A stretch of 64,000 nt of DNA from Nitrospirales bacterium (lineage in GTDB: Bacteria > Nitrospirota > Nitrospiria > Nitrospirales > UBA8639): contig CBDBCZ010000018.1 in assembly GCA_965203295.1 (NCBI GenBank), positions 416,001 through 480,000 of the forward strand, read 5' to 3'. Positions 25,386 through 36,410 of this stretch are shown piece after piece. The notes beneath the pieces are model-generated. The model made no database searches and was not told where the DNA came from. It saw only the letters and a list, made by a program, of their open reading frames with translations. The stretch's first letter is position 1. Each line of letters begins with the position of its first letter. The position numbers were made by a program, and so were the translations under genes.

Positions 25386-27120
25386 CCTGGAGGATGATGG
25401 GATACAGGGGGTATAAGGGAAGAGGCTGAGGCAGACTGTAACAAAGTGGAGTGTGAGGGAGATGGGCGTGAGAGGAAGGAGTTTTCGGGGAAGGCGAGGA
25501 CACTCCAAAAAAGAGCGCGAAGGAGAAGCAGCACTAGAACTAGAAGTAGTGGAGGTCATTGTTGCTAAAGAAGGCATGCGAGAAGGGCTGAGTGAAGAAA
25601 TAGGAAGAGGTTGCAGAATACGGACAGGAGAATGAATTAAAGAAGGGGGAAGGTGAGAGAGGACAGAGGCAGAATAATTACAAGTAGTGACAGAAGATGG
25701 TAAAGCAGTAACAATGGAAGAGTGCCGGAAACAGGAGCAGCAGGGGGGGCAGAACCAGGAACAATAGGAGTGGGAAAAACAATAGAAGCCAGGGAAGTTG
25801 AAGTAGTAGTACTAGAGGCAGTGGAGTGGCCTTAAGCGGACTGTACGTAAAGGAACTAGGGGGGGAGGTAAAGGATACTAGAAGTGGATCGAGGAGGGGC
25901 AGAATAGGTTAACACTTTTCCCGCGTCCTTTTTGTGACGTAATCTTATGTGTGTGCGGAATTCAATTAAAACTAAATTGAATATTCGATAAACCAGCTTA
26001 TAGCCGGACACTAGAAACTACTCTATACGCTTAGTTGTACTTGAGAAAGCTTATAGCGACTTCAATCACACATGCTAAAGCTTCAAGAAGCTTCACAAAG
26101 CTTAACAGAGCTGTTAAAAGCGGGCTACAATAGGCGGTTCATACTTACCCGAGTAGTTCCACCAATTTCAAGCGATCCGGTGCCCTGCTAGGGACTGAGG
26201 CGGCGAAAGAGGATACAGATGTAGTCCTGAGAACCTTAGGCAGCCACTCAAGCAGCGTGAAACAACAGTAGTGGCATCCACACGGCGTTTTAGGCGCTTG
26301 TCTCGATCGGCAGCCATGGCTACGTCTTGTGGTCGACCGTATTTCCGGTTGTAGCACTTCGTAGTTTGGAGCTTACGCCAACAAAAGCTGATTATAGACA
26401 GGGGAACTCCCCTGCTGACTATCAGTACTAAAAATCTGAGCTTATCAAAACGTAATACAGACTATTGGCCCTCCGCGCTACGCGCGTATACTTAGCGGGC
26501 CAATATATTGCCCCTTCGCGTTCTAAGTGTTAAGGGCGGGGAGGAAGGGCTAGGTGGAGATATGGTAGAGGAGACAACATTACAGGAAGGAGCAGCAGAA
26601 ATAGAATCAAGCTTGCAGGAGAGGCGGGAGAGATTACATTCCAGAGCAGAAAGCCGGTTACTAAGAGAAGACAAACTGACCACAGAAGATTTCACACAAA
26701 AAGGGCACACAAAAGGGTACGTAGAGGCAAGAGAGACAAGAATTTTAACACATCTACAGTGGCTCAAAGAGTGGCAGACCTCACATTGCAGCATAGTGCC
26801 CTCCTCCTTCGCGGAAGTGCAAACACACTTAACAGATGTGGGCTGGGGCGGGCCGGGGTTGGGCTCGACATCGGCGCAAAGTAGAAGTAGCAACAGGAAG
26901 AGCGTAGAGTGGCGGTAGGTGGAGACGCGAGATGGTACAGATCACCGACTCCTAGATAGACCGTGGCTGCAATGGCGGTAGCGACCAGGGAGCACCGGGG
27001 GAGCCAACAGATGGACAACACTCGGGGGAGAGAACTGGAGACAGCAGAGGGCCGAGAGAGATGTCGGCAGGGCTGACTACACGAACGTAAAAAACGAACA
27101 GGAAAAGTGTCCAACTGACC
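25386..27120 (-). mobile_element. LINE ORF1-like region: 2A-like motif, PHD finger, coiled coil and Ser/Pro-rich tail, interrupted by a piggyBac MITE
   Basis: LFLLLLLLCADVEPNPGP followed by CVC..MLQCEVC..HCRCV..FVCPFC (C4HC3 PHD), LSNRLSALECNLSRLSCKLD heptads, and low-complexity S/P sequence on both sides of the TTAA insert. Confidence 0.7.
25913..26529 (-). mobile_element. piggyBac-type non-autonomous element, family A copy 2
   Basis: TTAA at 25909-25912 and 26530-26533; reverse complement of 29693-30324. Confidence 0.88.
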
Positions 27121-27179
27121 AGCAACATTGTGCATACTCACTTTATTTTACATATGGCAGTCTTGAATGTGTAACGTAA

Positions 27180-27835
27180 ATACCTTTTCAGCAGGCCTCT
27201 TTTTTGGGGTCGAAGCACAGCAGGTGTCTTCATTTTGACGACCCCTTTTCTCCTTCCGACGCCTTGCCTCCTCAAGAATTGTGACACTCGATTTCTTGAA
27301 TTGGTCATCTCTGGCTTTTTGGAGATCTCTTCCCCTTTTGAACAGTCTTTTTAGCTGCCTGGAAGAAAAACTACTTATTCGTATGGCTTCTTATAAACTC
27401 ACCTTTCCTTTATCCTTCATTTGTTCCATGACGTGCTATACAAAAGAATCAGCAGCATGTAGATAGCACATATTCTTGGTCCCCATCTTTCAACATGAGA
27501 TCTGATGCAACAAACCTCTTGTGCTGAGTTTTCAGCGCAATCCTGATCATCTGTGTCATCTGCGTAGCGGGAGTTCAAAAAATCTTCGCATGCTTTCTTG
27601 TTGCCTGTGTGTAAAAAGGAATAGAAAAATAAAATAAGTGTATTCACAGTTGTATGTTAAAGAAATACATACCCATCATCAACACCTTCGCAGGAAATGG
27701 TTTCCTGTTGTAGAGGACACTGCAGCAGTCACCCTCCCTCAAAGAAGCAGGTGCAGGGTCTTTCACCAGCTTCATGGAAACAACATCCCATCGTTCACCA
27801 TCCTCTTCCCACTGAATACAACAGTACTGGTCTGT
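27180..27835 (-). pseudogene. Spliced accessory ORF divergent from the CACTA transposase start
   Basis: Exons DQYCCIQWEEDGERWDVVSMKLVKDPAPASLREGDCCSVLYNRKPFPAKVLMM / GNKKACEDFLNSRYADD plus basic low-complexity exons, with short GT-AG introns. Head-to-head with the ORF at 28324. Confidence 0.45.
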
Positions 27836-29692
27836 AAGGAAGGTAAGACAAAATGCTCAATAGATCTAGGTACCAGTAGGTGTTGTACTGTCATCTTAGC
27901 AAGTAACAAAATGACCTTGCAATGAAGTCAATGCTGTTAACTTCGGTGCTGTCATAGTCGCAAGAGGGGCTTCAAGATTCGAGATCAGGAACACAGTATT
28001 CAGAACACGGACAACAGGCTCAGAGCAGCTGAAAAAGCGCTAGGAAGTCTCACAACACAGTCTCAAAGGAACACAGTCCACGGGATCAGAGCAGCTGAAA
28101 AGCGCTAGTAGAAGTGAGATGAAATCATGGACACCTTGGCCTGAAACCTGTGTGACCTCTCGTACAATTGACATGACCTCGTGCATGACCTCACATACAA
28201 ACCGCATGACCCCACCTATGTCTTCACGTGATTTCACGCAATTGCCAGTCTTCTGCGAAGACCACTGCTCATAATAGTGTGTCTATTTTGCAATCTCCCG
28301 GTTTTTCTTAAAACCACACCAACATGGATGATGAATAACTCTCTGACTGGTCTTCTATGACCTCGTTGAGCTGTGAGTCTAGTTTTGACCTGAGCTATGA
28401 CGATGTACACCAAGATGTACCACAGCCAGACCTCAGAAATGAGTTACCATTCCAGCAACCTCTCTACGAAGGTGCCAACATTGCTGTCTCTGATAGCTAT
28501 GATAGATAGATAGATAATCATTTTTACGTCCCACCACATGGCAGCAGGCCAAATACGGCCTATGAGACCACATAAAAGAATACAATATGTACAAAAGGAT
28601 AAGATTATATGGAGAGAGAATAAGGAATATTAGAAAAGAGGGATAGGGGTAGAGTGAGGTGATAGAGCTAACGTGTTTTTTTTGTTTTTTTTTTTGTTTT
28701 TTTTTTCAACACTGAACGAGGACCAAGACCACACCATATCTAAATTACACAATACACATAAGGACTGGTATGAAGAGTAGAAACAGTAAACACATAATAC
28801 ATAAACCTGTTAAGATTATAAAGGAGCAAAAACTTTACATGGAGTTCGATGGAGTATACAACACAGGATTTATAGCGCAACAAGAAAGAGAATGATCTTA
28901 CTAAAGTATAATGGGTTACAGAATGAAGATTCCGCTATGGTACATATACGTAATGTGAATAGAGATATTGCTGTATAATCTGATTCGATGAACACGGTGT
29001 AGGGCCATTGGCAGATACATACAAGAGCATGAGGTTCTAGTAGAGCACCCAGCAAAATCATCAAGGAGCATTTATTGCAAAGCTCTAACTGGATTGGTGG
29101 AATATAAACACCTGGATTTGAAAAAGGGCAACAGTGAACTTTGCAAAGTAGTGAGAAATATTCCACTATGGTGCATAATGTGTGTGACAGGTACAGAGTA
29201 TAAACTGATTTTATATGATGGTGTTTCAGCTAATAAGAGTATATGAGGTTCTGGTGAAGCACATGTTAAAAACATAAGGTGGAATATGAAAATTTGAAAA
29301 GGGGGCAACAAGTGAGCGAGTGATCTTTGAGAGGTAGTGCGTACAGAGATATTGCTAGCATTAAAACTTATTTCGTAAAGACGGTGCGGGTCGTTTTAGT
29401 GTTGTTGTTTTTTTTCTTCTTTTTCTTTTATAGTTAGCTTTAGGGAGGTAGTATATAGAAGAAGGGAGAGAAGGAAGAGAAGGAGGGAGGCGAAGGGGAA
29501 TGAAGAGAGGAAAGAGGAAGAGAGTAAGGTGGTAAGGGTAGGGGGAGGTTACAGATTCTAAAAAACAAAAGAAAAGAAAAAAAAAACAGAAAAAAAACAA
29601 TAAAATACCAATAAAACAATAAAAAGGACGATCAGGGAACACACATGCAGAAAAGATTAACAAGCAGAATGCGGGTAATGGATACTAATTAA

Positions 29693-30324
29693 CACTTAGA
29701 ACGCGGAGGGCCAATATATTGGCCCGCCAAGTATACGTGCGTAGCGCGGAGGGCCAATATATTGGCCCTCCGCGCTATTGGCTTCTACGTCTATATTACG
29801 TTTTGATAAGCTCAGATTTTTAGTACTGATAGTCAGCAGGGGAGTTCCCCTGTCTATAATCAGCTTTGTTGACGTAAGCTCCAAACCACGAAGCGCTACA
29901 ACCGGAAATACGGTCGACCACAAGACGTAGCCATGGCTGCCGATCGAGACAAGCGCCTAAAACGGCGTGTGGATGCCACTACTGTTGTTTCACGCTGCTT
30001 GTGTGGCTGCCTAAGGTTCTCAGGACTACATCTGTATCTTCTTTCGCCGCCTCAGTCTCTAGCAAGGCACTGGATCGCTTGAAATTGGTGGAACTACTCG
30101 GGTAAGTATGAACCGCCTATTGTAGCCCGATTTTTACAGCTCTGTTAAGCTTTGTGAAGCTTCTTGAAGCTTTAGCATGTGTGATTGAAGTCACTATAAG
30201 CTTTCTCAAATACAACTAAGCGTATAGAATAGTTTCTAGCGTCCTATAAGCTGGTTTATCGAATATTCAATTTAAATTCCGCGCACACGTAAGATTACGT
30301 CACACAAAGCACGCGGGCAAAGTG
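29693..30324 (+). mobile_element. piggyBac-type non-autonomous element, family A copy 3
   Basis: TTAA at 29689-29692 and 30325-30328; subterminal palindromes GGGCCAATATATTGGCCC. The right TTAA overlaps the LINE stop codon. Confidence 0.9.
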
Positions 30325-31009
30325 TTAATGGGAACCACATAACAGAGACTTCCTGAGGATAAACATTTCATTTATAGCCTTGCCTATGTCCAAAGACTGA
30401 GAGCAGGATTGCAGCAGAAGGATGGTTCTGTTTATTGGGCTCATTGCAAAGAAGCTTGCACTGTCCATTCCCCAGAAACTGATTGCCACTGCATACATTT
30501 TTAAACGAGATTCTAACGGGGACACATGAGTTGAGAAAGTGACACTCATCTCCAACTCCCTTCTGGCATATTTGACAAATCCTTTGTTGTAATGGTGTTT
30601 TGGGGGTTCTGTATCGCCCAGATTCGACTTCTAAGGGGAGACATCCACACCTCAGTAATGTTATGATCCTGCGACGGTTTATGCAGGTTACCTCCATATA
30701 TGGTTCAGGACATGGCTCGTGTTTTATTTGGCGACAGTAGAATAGATGGCCACCAGACTCCGATCGTGGAGGGATGACGTTGACTGCCTCCGCCCACTCA
30801 GTCATTTTTCTCCTCCATAACAGCTTCCCGCAGTCTGCTGGGCTGCTGTGGCTGTTGTGGCGGCAGATAGAGAGTTCAGGAGAGAGGCCGTCCGGCTTGC
30901 CCAGTTTGACACACCTGAGTCTGCAAGGGACTTACTCCAAGCATATATCAAACTGGTCACCCTATCACCTGGCATTTCTAATAAGCGGCAGTGGAACTTC
31001 AAAATATTA

Positions 31010-34000
31010 CAGTCATTCCGCCAACGGGAAAGTCACGTGAATTTATTTTCTGAGTGACGTCATACAACAGTGCCTAGTAGTCCGCCATTGTGATGTTCAA
31101 CCGGGCCAAAGAGAGCGCTTCCTATCTCCTGTAAGAAGGGTTTGTTGGACTCCATATCCAGCAGTACTGGAGGAAAACAGCTGTAGTAGTCATCCAGAGC
31201 ATTGAAAAGAAATGGCACCCCTGCGTTTCTCGCTTATGCGGGTTTTCAGTTGCCGTCTGCCGATTCTTGAATGTGGGTGAGCCGTGTGAAAGTTCCTGTA
31301 TCTCAAGCAAGGAAGATTAGAACAACTACAAACTTGCATATGTTATTCGAAGCATGTTATTGCACATGTTGGATAAATGTTAGTGAAATTCGTTGTGCAC
31401 AAAAAAAAATCGGGCGAGGTTTGTAGGTGCTGCATGTGTGAAATAAAACATGGAATTTTTCAAGGACGCTATGTAACTGTTCATGTACAACTTGCAGACA
31501 ATATCTAGATAAACTACAGGCAATTTATATAAAGTACATCTAGTCAACTAGTTCCTGTTCCTCGTGTTCATCATCTTCAGGCTCAGAACTGTGGAGTGAC
31601 TCGTAATCACCAAACACCCAATCCATTATGTCGTCCACATCTGTTTGTCTGTTGTCAGCAACGATTTCATCTATGCTTACTTCAAGCAAATCATCTTTTC
31701 TGTGTAGTAATGGAGTTGGTATGTTGGAACAGTTTGTACATTCACATCCTTCACCGCATGTCTTTCCCTTCCCCTTGCAGCCAAATCGTGACGTCGTACA
31801 GCCAGTTCTGCAATGACAGCCTCGTAGTAGTCCTGCAACACGCTGTTTCACGGCCTCCATGTTGGTCTCACTGTCCCAATCAAAGGCAAGTGTGTCCCCA
31901 CTTAACTTCCACCCATACTCTGTAACAGGCCTGATATCCATCACATTTTTGTTGGCTTGGTGTCATGTATCTATGACCCAGCATGTCCTCTTCCAATGGT
32001 GGTAGAGTGCCTCTGTGTTAGGGATCATTTCGTTTTCAAACTGAACTCTGTCCCATATGTGTTGCCTGATGTCATCCAGCCATTGCTGGTGCTTTTGTGT
32101 TGGTGACAATCCCTGTGTGTCCAACTTGTTGAAGTGGGATGTAGGAGTAGAGGTAGAAAATTCGGAAGCATGTTTTTTAAAGTACACGACTCCAACAAAG
32201 CATAAAAACACTAAAACACCTTTGTCAAATGTATTATGTTGTAAGCCAATATCAGCTAGTGTGCCTGGAGCATTGCCTTTACCACTAGTAATGAACTCTG
32301 CATTTTCATAGAAATATCTCAAAAATGTAGCTTTGCCAATCCCACTGAAAAAGGATGTGTAATCACATCCGGTTGCTGTGAAGATGGTCTGAAATACTTG
32401 AGGCAGAGTGTGGGATGGTACTGATGATAGGTCCGGGTCATTGGAAAGTGCAGTAACAAATGCTGTCATGTGTAAATACGATAGATCTTTAGAACTGTAG
32501 GGATTGAGCTGAACAATTATTTCTTTCTGGATTCCATGGTTTAGTGGGAGACCAATATGGTATATATCTGTGTCTGGTCCATCTATGGCAACTGAGTGCC
32601 ATGCTCGACCGGTAATGCCCACTGCAAACCCTCCCTGGCAGAAATTGCTTAGCACAGAAGGTGGGAGTGATGCCACATCAGCTAGATGCTGTGCTATTAG
32701 TCTTCTGTAGATAAGGTGGTCAAATGCGGAAAAAGTGGCAGCCATTAGTTTAATGCTAGCCAGTCGAACTTCCCAGTTACCACTGCGAATTGCTAGGTAG
32801 AGGCTCACGTATGCCATCGCATCTACAAAAACAAATTGGACCCAAAATTTCCAAGTCAGATCAGCAGCGGAAAGGTCATCAAGAAATGCTGAAAAAGTAG
32901 TGTGGAAGCCAGATTGCATAACAGCCTCATGTAGCTGACGTAGCTTGGGACCTAGGTCAGTTTCTGTATTACCACTGGGTTGTAAATAAGCATTCTGGAC
33001 AATGGTTGTGATGAGTTCTGGGGGTAGATTTGTATCAGGTGTTTCAGCACAAGACTGTAGGAATTTCTCCACCATGATTTGATATAGTGCTTGCCAAACC
33101 TCCATAAGAAAGCAGTGTGTACGTTTGAACTCACTGCAGTTTTGTATAGCTGCTACGGGATAACCTGATACCTGTGCCAGTTCCTTTAGCCCGGCATCAA
33201 AGTAAGGCTTGATAAGTGCACTCTGATAATTAAACAGAAGGTGCCAGTCACCAGGGTATGGGAGTAGCCATTTTAGCTCTGCACCATATTCGTGCTTTAG
33301 TGATTGGAATACATCATAAATCTTTGCATCACCTGTTAACACTAGCCAATCCTTCTGCTATCCCTCAATGAAACGGTGATAAAGGTCATGTAGGACTTGC
33401 GTGAAGGTGTCCTTGCTGTCTGATTTTAGCATCAAGTACCTGTAGATAGACTATGTTAGATTTCTCTGCTTCAACTGGTCTGATTACCCACATGTAGTCT
33501 TGGATGTTTAGCACAACTGGAGGGTCTGGCTGTGCTGCTTCTGTGTCACAAGTGGAAGAGTGGATGTGTTTTTGTAAGATGTAAGTATCAAACTCCTGCC
33601 TTAGTGCTGTCATTGCATTCCTTTCAGTTTGACTTAGCTCCGAAGATCAAACTTATGTGGATGGACTTGATGATCTGGTCTGTTAGTTTGTGGATGTAGA
33701 GGTGAAGAAGGTGTTACCCTTGAGGTTCCTTCCAGTCCAGTTCTCGCTCTTCTCTTTATCTTGGGAGATCTGCACGCCTTTGAAGGGGATGAACGAGGTG
33801 ATTGTCTACTTGCAGCGCGTTTTCTTCCTGCAAGCCTGAGTAACGGATCTGTAACTTCGCACTCAGTGTGTCGCCTTTGATCTGAACTCTCACTTGTCAG
33901 CAAAGTAGAAGTAGACTCACCTTGAGTTGAGCTACTACTTGACAAAGTGAGAGCCCTGGTGCGGTCTGCATTGACTGGTCATCCATAGTACACACCAAAG

Positions 34001-36410
34001 TGAGTGTATCAGAGCATGTGCTTGGTTTGGGTTGAACAGCTTGCACAGTTGTTTGCTTGGAACGATCGCGCGTAGCTGTGTAAGAAATCGATATTGTCTG
34101 CTGAAGTGATGGTTAGTGTATCAGGTGAGCATTCCTGTTCGTAGCCTCTCTGTTCTCGTTCCTTTACCCTGTACTGGATAGTTCTGGCCAGTGTATCTGC
34201 AGAGGAGCACACGCCAAGCCGATTCAAGATACGTACTAGTAGGGTTGAGCCTCCACAGCTTTCCACTATGTCAGTAATCAGGTTATGCAAGGGTATGTAA
34301 CACCGGTCGTCTGTACAGAACAAAAGGGCACATAGGCAAAACAAACGCCGCACTTTCTTTACGTGGTGAGTGGGTGTCGCCTGGTCACTTGCCTTAGAAG
34401 TGCACCCTTTACGTTCGGAAACAGACCTTGTGATAGAGATAACGAATGCCCATAGTTTTGGGTCCATCTCTGATAAGAGCCTGTTAATGTTTAACTTATC
34501 AAATCTGTAGGAAAATTTCATGTCAGCAGCAAGATAGTGACGAACCTGTTGGTGAATGCGGGTGTTAATGTCATCCGTTTCGCTATCTTGTTCCCTGGCA
34601 TGGATAGCTTCTTTGGTGGACTTTTGAGCTGGAGACATAGTTTGGGCTAACTTGTGTAAAGACAGAAAGGGAGGTCAGGAGGTCTCCGTTTCTGCTGTAC
34701 AGTAGGGTTCCTGGCTTTCTCACACGACATGCATAGCTCAGATGGTGCTGTAAAATTACAATCAAATTGCTTAGGACCCACCGAGCTGTAACCGAAGCAC
34801 TATCGCCCATCTCTAGGTTTGCTGTACATGACAGCTCTGTTGCAAAGTGACGCAAGGTGTCATGGACAGAAGGTAGGAGCAGTGCCTCTTGGTGTAGTAG
34901 GCTCTCCCATACATATATTGCAGTTTTGTGCATAGCTGTATTTATTAGGTCATCAGTGTTTTTTACCAGCTCAACTGGTAATGTAGAACTCTTCAGAGTG
35001 TTAATAAGTACTAGGAGATCACCGTCAGTGCTAGTCCTCCTTGAGGATCTGTAGGTGTGACTTGTAGCATGAAAGGCATACGTAAGCACCCTCTGGGATA
35101 TTACCCTCAAATCCTGTTTCTTGGTATAAGTACTGCTGTATACGCTGTGGATCTGGACAAGGCCGTTTTGGTCCAGTTCTTAAAGGCGAGCCACATGTAC
35201 AACAGTGAGTTTGCTTCAGTTGTAGTTTATCGTAGATTAGGTGGTAGTGATGCTTACATAACGGGGTGGGATAAGGTGCCTCACAATATCCCAAAACGTC
35301 TGCAATTTGCTCACTCGTAGCTATTCTTGATTGCACAAATGCTGCATTATTACATTGTGGTATACAGCATTTGCACTTCCCTGTTTGTTTTTCCCATCTA
35401 GGTACGTGTTCAGGATTGTTTACCAACCTGGTGATATCATCACGACATAAGCGACATACGGGGCTATACTGTTCGATATGAAGTATGAGAGCTACCTGCT
35501 GTGCTTGAACACTTTTCTAAGTTTGAGGAGTTGACAGCTGTGTGTGCTGGCCAAGGCGTAATGCACATTGGTTTCCATGCTGTCTTTTTGATTCCTCCGA
35601 AGCTGGTGGAAACGTCAGCGATCGTCGACTTCTGGCCATGTACGCCTCGACTCTCAAGTACCCTTTTTAAGAGTCACTAACAATTCCTGTGGTGAAGAAC
35701 TGCAACTATAGCCCATTGTACACTTATCAATTACCCCTCTGATATACACAAGCTTACCGAGCATCATGTATGATTTAACTCCTGTTTTTAGAATGATGAT
35801 GGTCTCTCGCTTACGGCTCCCTTGTTGGAGAATGGATATTTATAATTGTGTTACTTATAATATTAGCATTATTATTTATTATTATTATTCAGTCTCTTGT
35901 TTTCTTTCTTGTATATTTGACTTGTGTACTCAGTATGCCTGCAATGCGGGAGAGCTCCACGTGTTTGCACAATAACTAATGCAGGTGCATTTTTTGGAAC
36001 AGCCATATCGCGAAAATTATGCGTGGGAACGACTCCGTTTTTTCGACAGGAGTACGGGCTATCTTATACATTTAAGCTCCGGCAGTGTCAAATCTGTGAA
36101 GGATGCACCAAATTTTTTCGGACGCGATCTGGGACCCTCATTATTTTTTGACTCGCATCACTTTATGCGTACTATTCGCGAGTTACAGAGCGCTGGTTGA
36201 ACTCTCGCATACTGAGCGAGTAGTAGATGGACTGACCTTGCTGCATGGTAAGACTGAAGAGCATAGGTCCAAGAACTTTAAAGATATAGCACGAAAAAGA
36301 AAGTAATGAATTATTAAAAAGTAAGCTGTGTGGGTGTTGAGAGCTTACATCCGGTGCAAATAAAATTGTACGGGCTTCTATTGACTTCCGGCCTGGTGGC
36401 GAAACGACTG
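31010..36410 (-). mobile_element. AcademX-type DNA transposon, 5401 bp, internally deleted
   Basis: TIRs CAGTCATTCCGCCA / CAGTCGTTTCGCCA (12/14), 4-bp TSD ATTA (31006-31009, 36411-36414), Academ-type ORF inside. Confidence 0.8.
31540..35639 (-). pseudogene. AcademX polyprotein remnant: transposase, partial XPG/FEN-like nuclease and Cys-rich C-terminus
   Basis: SADNIDF, LTGDAKIY, YPGDWHLL, AIRSGNW, HSVAID (transposase); DTDIY, TGCDYTSFFSGIGKATF (XPG H3TH-like); CHCRTGC..GC..CGEGCECTNCSN. Frameshifts and stops throughout. Confidence 0.75.
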
